Of a stretch of 64,000 bases of DNA, positions 51,066 to 60,656 are shown one piece after another. Both the position numbers and the translations under genes were made by a program. Origin of the DNA: Bacteroidales bacterium (GTDB lineage: Bacteria > Bacteroidota > Bacteroidia > Bacteroidales > P3); NCBI GenBank assembly GCA_052170555.1, contig JBQNAI010000005.1, positions 63,169-127,168 on the forward strand. Direction: 5' to 3'. The notes below the pieces were generated by a model. That model made no database searches. It was given only the letters and a program-made list of their open reading frames with translations, and was not told the origin of the DNA. Numbering within the stretch: the stretch's first letter is position 1; the number at the start of each line of letters is the position of its first letter.

Positions 51066-52079
51066 ATGGAAGTTAGACTAAAATCCGCAAGAATAATGAT
51101 AATATCTATATTCAAGAAAAATTATTTTATGCAGTTGATATTATTAATCCTACTGCCTTTGTTACTTTGGATACCTGCATTCATTACTCCCACAGAATTA
51201 ATTTCTCTCGGCAATTTGGATATGCCATTGTACTGCTCTTTAACACAAATATTCACCACAAAAAGTATCGTTAATACCATAGTTGCTTTTTTATTGATAA
51301 TGACACAGGCCATGCTTGTCAATTATATTTTCACATATTATGAACTTACAAAGAAAAATTCTTACTTCCCAGCTTTCATTTTCATGTTACTTTTTAGTTG
51401 TGATTACAGGATAATGACACTAAGTAGTATTCTGTTCGCAAATGGCTTTATGATATTGGCTATTTTATCTTTTTTACAGTGTTATAACAAAAACGAAGGA
51501 CTGGATCAAGTATTTCTAACTGCACTTTTAGTAGCATTATCTTCATTGTTCTTCGCTCCATATGTGTTGTTTATGCTCTGGATTTGGATAGGATTATTTA
51601 ATTTTAAGATCTACAATTGGAGACCTCTGATGGTAAGTTTATTAGGTTTGATAGCACCGTATGTAGTATTGATGGTAATATATTATTTAAATAATCAAAT
51701 CCATATGATTATAAATTTCTTTTCAATTCATTTCGCTTTGTTACCAAAATGGTCATTTATGAATCAACCAATACAAATAGTATATGTTTCTTACTTAATT
51801 GTGCTCATTTTACCAGCATTTTTCTATACACTAAGTTACAAAAATGAGCAAAAACTCTCGGTAAGGAAACGTGCTTCAACCATAATAGTACTGTTCTCTT
51901 TCTGCTTATTGCCTTTTTTATATGTTATGACAACACCAACAATGAGTTTAATATTTATTCCTGCATTGACGTTCATGCTTACAGTGTTTTTATTCTCCAT
52001 TAAACGACATCTGTATTCGGATATATTCATTTTTATTCTGTTAGTCCTAACAATAACTAAGATATATACCAATTATTAA
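51066..52079 (+). CDS. polytopic integral membrane protein, function unknown
   Basis: At least 8 hydrophobic segments. The start is uncertain (ATGs at 51066, 51096, 51129). The track ORF begins at a TTG inside a repeat-bearing spacer. Confidence 0.55.
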   Translation: MEVRLKSARIMIISIFKKNYFMQLILLILLPLLLWIPAFITPTELISLGNLDMPLYCSLTQIFTTKSIVNTIVAFLLIMTQAMLVNYIFTYYELTKKNSYFPAFIFMLLFSCDYRIMTLSSILFANGFMILAILSFLQCYNKNEGLDQVFLTALLVALSSLFFAPYVLFMLWIWIGLFNFKIYNWRPLMVSLLGLIAPYVVLMVIYYLNNQIHMIINFFSIHFALLPKWSFMNQPIQIVYVSYLIVLILPAFFYTLSYKNEQKLSVRKRASTIIVLFSFCLLPFLYVMTTPTMSLIFIPALTFMLTVFLFSIKRHLYSDIFIFILLVLTITKIYTNY

Positions 52080-52102
52080 TAATAAAAATAGTAAATAATA
52101 CA

Positions 52103-54142
52103 ATGAAAATTACAAAAATTGCACCTGTATTGTTCTTCGCTTCCATGACAATTGGAGTTGCAGCTCAAGGACAGTTGAAATCAGGTATTGAACTGAAGAA
52201 TTTGGATAAAAGCGTAAAACCAACAGATGATTTTTATCAATATGCTTGTGGTGGATGGATGGCTAATAATCCACTTCCTGCAGCCTATTCTCGCTTTGGT
52301 TCATTTGATCAACTTGCTAAGGACAATAGCGAACGTATCAACAATATTCTTAAGGATCTTATGAATAAGTCGTATGATAAAGGCACAACTGAGAGAAAAC
52401 TTTCCGATTTATATAAACTCTCTATGGATTCTACTCGCCGTAATAAAGAAGGAATCAAACCTGTTATGCCTATTATTAATGCTATTGAGATATGTAAAAC
52501 TAATACAGAGTTGTTTAAATGGGAATTAGAGCAAGCAGATTGGGGAAATCAGGAATTTCTGTATATGGGTTTCAACGCTGATGAAAAAGATTCCAAAAAC
52601 AATATACTTAACATCTATCAAAGCGGAATAACCTTAGGGCAAAAGGAATACTATTTGGATAATGATGCTCATACGACAGCCATACGTGATGCTTACAAGA
52701 AACATATAATCCGTATGTTCAAACTTTTCGGTTTCAAAGACAAAGTTGCAAAAAAGAAAATGGAGTACGTGATGAAAGTGGAGACGGCTTTAGCAAACGT
52801 TTCTTTATCTCAAACAGAACTAAGAGACGTTGAAGCTAATTATAACAAGATGTCTTTGGATGAATTTGAAAAAAATTATCCCAACATTCAACTGACAAAA
52901 CGTATGAATGCACAGGGTGTAAATAGTAAATACTTTCAAACCTTAATTGTCGGACAACCGTCTTTCGTTAAGGGTGCTGACAAAATTATTGCAACATTAA
53001 AGCCAGAGGAATATAAGGCATACTTGCAGTGGGATATGATTAACTCTTCCGCTTCATTACTTTCCGATGAAATAGCAGAAGCTAACTTCGATTTTTTCGG
53101 CAAAACACTTAGTGGTAGCAAAGAAATGCAACCTCGTTGGCGACGCTGTACCTCGCAAGTTGAAAGACAAATGGGAGAAGTTCTTGGAAAGATGTATGCA
53201 GAGAAATATTTCCCAGAGTCATCTAAAAAACGCATGGAGAAATTGGTTAAGAATCTCCAAATTGCGTTAGCTGAAAGAATAAAAGCTCAGGATTGGATGA
53301 CTCCCGAGACAAAGATAGCAGCTTTAGAGAAACTTATGACTTTCTATGTTAAGATTGGTTATCCTGATACTTGGACCGATATGAGTAAGTTAACTATAGA
53401 TCCGGACAAGACTTATTATGAGAATATGTTGGAGTGTCATCGATTTTGGACCAAGCATAATTTGGAAGAGAAAGTAGGCAAACCAGTAGATATTGAGAAA
53501 TGGCAAATGTATCCGCAGACAGTTAATGCATATTACAATCCAACAACTAATGAGATTTGCTTCCCTGCCGGTATTCTTCAGTATCCTTTCTTTGACCCTC
53601 AGGCTGATGATGCATTTAATTACGGAGCAATAGGTGTTGTTATTGGACATGAGATGACTCACGGCTTCGATGATCAGGGGGCACATTATGATAAAGATGG
53701 TAATATGTCTGATTGGTGGGTCAAATCAGACGTTGATAATTTCAACATCAAAGGTCAGCAATACGCAGACTTCTTCTCTAAGATTAAAATCCTACCCGAT
53801 TTGAATGCTAACGGACAGTTAACGCTTGGGGAGAATCTTGCTGACCACGGAGGCTTACAAGTAGCATGGTATGCTTATAAAAATGCTACAAAAACTCACA
53901 GCTTACCTACGATAGACGGCTTGACAGCAGACCAGCGTTTTTTCTTGGCTTATGCAGGAGTATGGGCATCTAATATAACAGAGCAAGCAATTCGTTCTCA
54001 AACCAAATCTGACCCACATTCTTTGGGGAGATGGCGAGTAAATGGAGCATTGCCTCACATAGACATGTGGTATGAAGCGTTTAATGTGAAGCCGGGCGAT
54101 AAAATGTACATCGCACCAGCAGAACGTCTAAAATTATGGTAA
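52103..54142 (+). CDS. pepO: M13 family zinc metallopeptidase (PepO / endothelin-converting-enzyme-like)
   Basis: 679-aa ORF with signal peptide (VAA|QG), HEMTHGFD zinc motif, ENLADHGG, and C-terminal ...W. Confidence 0.9.
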   Translation: MKITKIAPVLFFASMTIGVAAQGQLKSGIELKNLDKSVKPTDDFYQYACGGWMANNPLPAAYSRFGSFDQLAKDNSERINNILKDLMNKSYDKGTTERKLSDLYKLSMDSTRRNKEGIKPVMPIINAIEICKTNTELFKWELEQADWGNQEFLYMGFNADEKDSKNNILNIYQSGITLGQKEYYLDNDAHTTAIRDAYKKHIIRMFKLFGFKDKVAKKKMEYVMKVETALANVSLSQTELRDVEANYNKMSLDEFEKNYPNIQLTKRMNAQGVNSKYFQTLIVGQPSFVKGADKIIATLKPEEYKAYLQWDMINSSASLLSDEIAEANFDFFGKTLSGSKEMQPRWRRCTSQVERQMGEVLGKMYAEKYFPESSKKRMEKLVKNLQIALAERIKAQDWMTPETKIAALEKLMTFYVKIGYPDTWTDMSKLTIDPDKTYYENMLECHRFWTKHNLEEKVGKPVDIEKWQMYPQTVNAYYNPTTNEICFPAGILQYPFFDPQADDAFNYGAIGVVIGHEMTHGFDDQGAHYDKDGNMSDWWVKSDVDNFNIKGQQYADFFSKIKILPDLNANGQLTLGENLADHGGLQVAWYAYKNATKTHSLPTIDGLTADQRFFLAYAGVWASNITEQAIRSQTKSDPHSLGRWRVNGALPHIDMWYEAFNVKPGDKMYIAPAERLKLW

Positions 54143-54233
54143 TATTATATAATTGTGGTCAATCTGTTCAATAAAAAAATTACTTTTATCAACATGATAC
54201 ATATATAGATTCTCGTGAGAAGTTTAAATACTC

Positions 54234-54268
54234 AAAAAAAGGATTCCTTTGGATTAGGAATCCTTTTC
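54234..54268. terminator. bidirectional terminator between pepO and ung
   Basis: aaaaggattcc / ggaatcctttt hairpin with an A-run on one side and a T-run on the other. It sits between convergent stops. Confidence 0.75.
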
Positions 54269-54301
54269 TATAACACAGGTAGTCAATACTAATTTGTTTA
54301 T

Positions 54302-54964
54302 TCACCAAGCTATTGGAGTGATTGCATGTTGCAACAAATAGCTATTGCACAGAGAAAAGTGATGATTACCAAAGAAGCCTCTATGGGCACTCAATGGGGA
54401 GGGATGAGGCGAAGTTAATATCAAATGAGTTTGCGTGTTTATTAATAACGATTTTTTTATTGCATAACTTCCCCATAGCAAAAATACAAGATGTTTCTTT
54501 TTTGCATTCAGTAATTTTATTACACTGTCGGTAAACTCTTCCCAACCTTTACCTTGATGAGATGCAGCCTTATGTGCTTCTACTGTTAAGGTTGCATTCA
54601 ACAACAATACGCCTTGCGAAGCCCATCTTGTCAAATCTCCTGAATAATTCATTTTAATTTGCAAATCTGATTCTATCTCTTTATAAATATTTTGTAACGA
54701 AGGAGGTATTGGCATTCCGTCGGGAACCGAGAAACATAACCCATGTGCTTGTCCTTCTTCGTGGTATGGATCCTGTCCAATGATAACAACCTTTACATTA
54801 GCAAATCCACAAAGATTAAAAGCATTAAAAATATTCTTTGCTTTCGGATAAATCTTTTTAGTTGCATATTCTTCTTTGACAAATTTAACAAGATTTGCAA
54901 AATATGGTTTATCAAACTCTGTCTGCAATACCTCACGCCATGATTCTTCTATTTTAACTTGCAT
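54302..54964 (-). CDS. ung: uracil-DNA glycosylase
   Basis: 220-aa ORF with VVIIGQDPYH and HPSPLSA motifs. Confidence 0.95.
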   Translation of the reverse strand: MQVKIEESWREVLQTEFDKPYFANLVKFVKEEYATKKIYPKAKNIFNAFNLCGFANVKVVIIGQDPYHEEGQAHGLCFSVPDGMPIPPSLQNIYKEIESDLQIKMNYSGDLTRWASQGVLLLNATLTVEAHKAASHQGKGWEEFTDSVIKLLNAKKKHLVFLLWGSYAIKKSLLINTQTHLILTSPHPSPLSAHRGFFGNHHFSLCNSYLLQHAITPIAW

Positions 54965-54967
54965 AAT

Positions 54968-56833
54968 TTATTCTTTTTTACCTATTTGTTCCTTATAAGA
55001 ACGTATAATTGAGTTAAGCATTTTTTCTGTCCTTGCTGCACCCTCCCCTAACACAAATCCTATCTGTTGAACATCCAAAAGATTTGCTTTGATCACCTCA
55101 TTAAGCCGATTTATTATTTCCTCGGGACGATCTTCTCCACTAAACAAATTACGAATAATAATACCCATACTTTTTTTAGGAACAAGATTGAAGATACTTA
55201 TATTAATAAATTTCTTATCATTTAAAGGAACATCCTTATTTATAATTTCTTCATTATTTTTCAACACATATTCAACTTGCGAACAAATATTCTCGGGTAA
55301 AAGTGTTTTAATATTAGCTCCTTTCAAGCCAGGAATAATCTCGTCTATCTCCTTGGCATCTTCTCCCAATATATCAATAAACGCCATATTGGATTGAATA
55401 ATTTTCATATTATTGTCAACTATTGCAACAGCGGGATACAGATGATTAAGCATAGAGGATATTGATTGTCTATTTTCATTATCCGATTGTTTTGTCTGTG
55501 CTAGAATTTCTAAGGTTTGTTCGTATTGATTTCTTAATGAAACAAGATTTTCTGTCGTCAATTTCAATTGATTGGAATAATTCGTATTGTTCTGTGTTGC
55601 ATGGAAGAAACACAATCTTTCCGTTGCAACTCCCTGAGCAATGGCGACAGCCAATTCTAAACAAGTATCATATCCACAAGATTTACAGTTTGTGGAACGG
55701 AATGAAGCTTCCTTTCCTAATAATTTGAATGCTTTCTCTATACATTCATCTGTCGGCGTAGCCAAACGCTGAGAATCGGGCCTATATATATGAATGATTT
55801 CACTCTGATTACCCCACAATTCTATATCTTGTTCCCATTTTTTAATGTCTATTCCTCCGACACGTTTTTTTGCATACTCGCGTGTAAAGGCGTTACGAAT
55901 AAATTTATCACCTTTACTACAACCTGGAGCCATAAGACAGCCCTCACAAAAATATACATTTAAATTAGCATTTAATGAACGAGACTCTTTGGCGAATTGA
56001 TTGATAGCATCAATGGCATCATGTTTGCCTTCAGCAGTTATAAATTTTCCTTCCATAATACCTATTTCCTCTGCACAAGCTTCCACAAATCCGTATGCAA
56101 TAGGATATAACGATCCCAAATTACCTGTAGGAGAGTCAAAATCCGAGAATTCCACATTATCTTCTTTTATATTGTGCGAATAAAACATCTTCCGCAAAGC
56201 CTTAAAAGATAAAAAAGCATCGACATGTGCCAACCCTCCGAACTTATCATTGATTTTCTTAGAAGCTAAACACGGAGTGATATTTACAACTTTCAAATTT
56301 TCTCCATATTTTCTTCTGACAATACAAGCAGTCGCTACGAACGGAGGAACTAATGGCATAATATTTCCCGTCAATTCGGGCTGAAATTTCTCTGTATACA
56401 AAACCATTGCAGGACAATGGGAAGTAATAAAATGTTTTCCCTCATGCATTGCAAGAATACTACGTTGCTTCCTTGCGATTACATCTACTCCAAAAGATAC
56501 TTCACATACGTACTTGAATCCCAAAAGTCGTATCATGTTAACGAACTTTCTATAATCTGATATGTCTTTAAATTCTCCTGCAATAGCAGGATCACATATT
56601 GCTACTACATCCTGATTTTGTAGCATCTGCTCTACTCTATCTATCTCCTGTATAGGTATAATAGCATCATAGGAACAGGCAGTAATACAAGCGCCACATC
56701 CTATACAGCGCTCATTATTTATCCGCGGAGTTATACTATCGTGATTTACATATACAGCTTGAACTGGACAAGCTTTAACGCACGAATAACAGGCTGTGCA
56801 TTTTATTTCTTCCAATAGTAATAATTCTAACAT
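54968..56833 (-). CDS. [FeFe]-hydrogenase-like protein with 2x[4Fe-4S] ferredoxin, extra Cys cluster and PAS-like C-terminus (putative sensory type)
   Basis: CTACYSCVKACP and CIGCGACITAC motifs. H-domain-like motifs ITSHCP, ITPCLASK, FCEGCLMAPG. Then CKSCGYDTC...C and a ~200-aa PAS-like tail. Its stop is 3 nt from the ung start. Confidence 0.7.
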   Translation of the reverse strand: MLELLLLEEIKCTACYSCVKACPVQAVYVNHDSITPRINNERCIGCGACITACSYDAIIPIQEIDRVEQMLQNQDVVAICDPAIAGEFKDISDYRKFVNMIRLLGFKYVCEVSFGVDVIARKQRSILAMHEGKHFITSHCPAMVLYTEKFQPELTGNIMPLVPPFVATACIVRRKYGENLKVVNITPCLASKKINDKFGGLAHVDAFLSFKALRKMFYSHNIKEDNVEFSDFDSPTGNLGSLYPIAYGFVEACAEEIGIMEGKFITAEGKHDAIDAINQFAKESRSLNANLNVYFCEGCLMAPGCSKGDKFIRNAFTREYAKKRVGGIDIKKWEQDIELWGNQSEIIHIYRPDSQRLATPTDECIEKAFKLLGKEASFRSTNCKSCGYDTCLELAVAIAQGVATERLCFFHATQNNTNYSNQLKLTTENLVSLRNQYEQTLEILAQTKQSDNENRQSISSMLNHLYPAVAIVDNNMKIIQSNMAFIDILGEDAKEIDEIIPGLKGANIKTLLPENICSQVEYVLKNNEEIINKDVPLNDKKFINISIFNLVPKKSMGIIIRNLFSGEDRPEEIINRLNEVIKANLLDVQQIGFVLGEGAARTEKMLNSIIRSYKEQIGKKE

Positions 56834-56856
56834 ATTCCCAAATGTCTTATTCCAAG

Positions 56857-56864
56857 CAAAAGTA
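56857..56864 (-). promoter_or_regulatory. -7 box TACTTTTG
   Basis: Exact TAnnTTTG on the minus strand, 23 nt upstream of the start at 56833. Confidence 0.55.
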
Positions 56865-57144
56865 CAATTTTTTTTTAATCCATGTGATGAATGGATGTAA
56901 AAAAAATATTATCTCATTACAGCAATATGATTGTTTTTACATCCTATATTAAAAAATATCATACGAAAATATAGCTATGTATATAAAATTCATAAATAAA
57001 ATATCTAAATTCAATAAAATTTATTCTATGCTACGTCCTTTATTCTTTCCGTACAACATGGAATATGTGCAAATAAACTATGCTATATCATAATACCCTC
57101 CTTTATTGTTGTAAAAGAATATATTAATCTCAAAAAGCAATTTA

Positions 57145-57166
57145 CTAATCTCACGCTTTAATTTAT
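57145..57166 (-). repeat. single M1 unit
   Basis: ctaatctcacgctttaatttat, whose reverse complement is ataaattaaagcgtgagattag. Confidence 0.5.
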
Positions 57167-57323
57167 ATAAATGACCAGTTGTTTTCGTACTTCCTAATGT
57201 AACTATTTTTATTTTTATATCTTTACATAATACTTATCAAATAAAATTTCATTGTATACACTTCACGATAAATAACTATCCATTTTTTATACACATCCAT
57301 GTTGTTAATAAAAGAAAACTTTG

Positions 57324-57331
57324 TACCTTTG
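57324..57331 (+). promoter_or_regulatory. -7 box TACCTTTG
   Basis: Exact TAnnTTTG, 28 nt upstream of the ATG at 57360. It lies inside the track ORF's TTG-initiated extension. Confidence 0.6.
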
Positions 57332-57359
57332 CAGCACAATCAACAAAGATTTTAATAAA

Positions 57360-58352
57360 ATGAAAATAAGATTTTTGATTCTCATTACTATTTGCCTTGT
57401 TTTTCTATTTGCTTGTTCTAAAAAGCAAAATACAGTTACTAATAGTTCTTTTATAAACTATAAACAGGTAAAGACTCCACCTTTTAATGCAGATAGTGCA
57501 TATTTATTTGTTAAAAAACAATGTGATTTTGGTCCTCGTATTCCTGAGTCTAAGGCTGCAAATAATTGTGCCGAGTTTATTATCAACTATTTAAAAAGTA
57601 AGGCAGATACTGTTTATATTCAAAATTTTGTCACAAAACTTTGGAATGGCAAAGAAGTAAGAGGTAAAAATATTATCGCTTCATTCAATATAGAGGCGAC
57701 GGATAGAGTCTTGTTTTCTTCGCACTGGGATTCTCGTATGTGGGCAGACCATGATAATGATATAAAAAAACACCACAGCCCCATAATTGGTGCTAACGAT
57801 GGGGCAAGTGGCGTAGGTATTTTGATGGAAATAGCTCGCATAATGAAAGGACAGTCTATCAAGCAGGGACTTGACCTCATATTTTTTGATTTGGAAGATC
57901 AGGGCTCACCATATTGGGCGAAAGAAGAAGTAGAAGACCAAAGTGATTGGTGTTTAGGCTCGCAATATTGGTCACAGAATCTCCATATTCCCTATTATCG
58001 TGCAAAATATGGAGTACTTTTGGATATGGTAGGCTACAAAGATTTGCGTTTTTCCAAAGAAATGCAGTCTATGGGTTATGCTCAATCCATTATGAATAAT
58101 ATTTGGAATATTGCTGAGGATTTGGGATACGGCAATATCTTCATTAATGAAAGTAGCAACTCTGTTATGGACGACCATGTTTGGATTAATCATTACGCAA
58201 AGATACCTACAATAGATATTGTGCAGAATTCATTAAATGCTTCTTTTTTCCCTCATTGGCATACTACACAAGATGATATCAACTGTATAGATAAAAATTC
58301 TCTTGCCATTGTCGGTAAAGTTATTTTGGTAAGTTTCTTTGCTGCAGAGTAA
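57360..58352 (+). CDS. glutaminyl-peptide cyclotransferase (M28-fold, lipoprotein)
   Basis: Lipobox LFACS, FNADSAYLFVKKQCDFGPRIP N-terminal segment, HWDSR, GANDGASGVG, FFDLEDQG, and HWHTTQDD metal-site-like motifs. Matches the mammalian-type QC architecture of Bacteroidota. Confidence 0.7.
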   Translation: MKIRFLILITICLVFLFACSKKQNTVTNSSFINYKQVKTPPFNADSAYLFVKKQCDFGPRIPESKAANNCAEFIINYLKSKADTVYIQNFVTKLWNGKEVRGKNIIASFNIEATDRVLFSSHWDSRMWADHDNDIKKHHSPIIGANDGASGVGILMEIARIMKGQSIKQGLDLIFFDLEDQGSPYWAKEEVEDQSDWCLGSQYWSQNLHIPYYRAKYGVLLDMVGYKDLRFSKEMQSMGYAQSIMNNIWNIAEDLGYGNIFINESSNSVMDDHVWINHYAKIPTIDIVQNSLNASFFPHWHTTQDDINCIDKNSLAIVGKVILVSFFAAE

Positions 58353-58388
58353 TACAAATATCTTTAATAAGCGATTTTTTATACAAGT

Positions 58389-58811
58389 ATGAAAAAATAC
58401 GTATTCCTATTGCCCCTGTTGTTATTTGCTGTCAGTTGTCAAGATGATTTTGACGAATGGGGTTACGTCAATTTTTTCATTGAGCCGGATACTACCGAAT
58501 ATCACCATCTTAATGATGGAGCAAGAGGTTGGGAATACTTGGAAGGTGGCAATAAAGGTATAATTGTTTTTCGTAACTCTCATTACCATTTTATGGCATA
58601 CGAACGTTCTTGCGTTGTCAAACGCTGTAACGGTCGTTTAGAGGTAGATACCGACAACAATGTATTAATTGTGTGTCCCAGATGCAAAAGTCAATGGCTT
58701 GGAGTAGACGGTTCTCCTCTTGCCAATACAAAGGCTTCCCGTATGCTATACTCATATTGTTCTTATTATGATGGTTGGCGTTTGTACGTGAGGAATTGTG
58801 TCGGGAACTAA
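58389..58811 (+). CDS. hypothetical lipoprotein with CxxC pair
   Basis: 140-aa ORF with lipobox LFAVSC and a Rieske-fold-like CVVKRC...CPRC spacing that lacks the His ligands. Confidence 0.5.
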   Translation: MKKYVFLLPLLLFAVSCQDDFDEWGYVNFFIEPDTTEYHHLNDGARGWEYLEGGNKGIIVFRNSHYHFMAYERSCVVKRCNGRLEVDTDNNVLIVCPRCKSQWLGVDGSPLANTKASRMLYSYCSYYDGWRLYVRNCVGN

Positions 58812-58867
58812 GCATGTTGTTTCTATACATTGTTTTGTAGTTTTTACGCCGTTTTGAAAAAAAATAG

Positions 58868-58875
58868 TATCTTTG
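58868..58875 (+). promoter_or_regulatory. -7 box TATCTTTG for eno
   Basis: Exact TAnnTTTG, 46 nt upstream of the ATG at 58922. Confidence 0.55.
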
Positions 58876-58918
58876 CAATCCGTTTTAATATAACATGTTA
58901 TTAATTTAATAATTTTAG

Positions 58919-60217
<1,299 letters not shown>

Positions 60218-60243
60218 TAATCTCTAGTATACATACGTGCATT

Positions 60244-60285
60244 GAAGATAGGGTAGCAAAAGCAAATATCCTATCTTCTTTTTTT
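60244..60285 (+). terminator. rho-independent terminator after eno
   Basis: gaagatagg (60244-60252) / cctatcttc (60270-60278) form a perfect 9-bp stem, followed by ttttttt. Confidence 0.8.
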
Positions 60286-60401
60286 CACAATTCTTTTTGT
60301 ATACATCATCATTACTAACTGCTACTTCTCTAATATATACACTTTTGCACCACAAATATTATACATTTTTTGCCATTTTAACAAAATATCGTCAATACGA
60401 T

Positions 60402-60484
60402 TTATTAAAGTGAGACATCAGTTTGATAATGTCGCACTTTAATAAATTAATGTCTCACTTTAATAAATTCTTATCCCACATCTA
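60402..60484. repeat. M1 cluster: 17-bp perfect inverted repeat plus 21-bp tandem duplication
   Basis: ttattaaagtgagacat (60402-60418) is the exact reverse complement of atgtctcactttaataa (60450-60466). atgtcgcactttaataa (60429-60445) is a direct copy 21 bp upstream with 1 mismatch. cttatcccacatct follows. Confidence 0.9.
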
Positions 60485-60625
60485 AATAAAAATATTACAA
60501 CTCAAATAACTATTTCAATTACATAAAAAATAGTATCCAAATACTAATATTAAAACCAATATGTCTATTATAAGATCTACATATTTTTAAATATTATTTT
60601 ATTATTTCAGTTTCAAAAAAAATAG

Positions 60626-60633
60626 TACCTTTG
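60626..60633 (+). promoter_or_regulatory. -7 box TACCTTTG
   Basis: Exact TAnnTTTG, 23 nt upstream of the ATG at 60657. Confidence 0.6.
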
Positions 60634-60656
60634 CGGGTTATTTGAGAATTGACACA

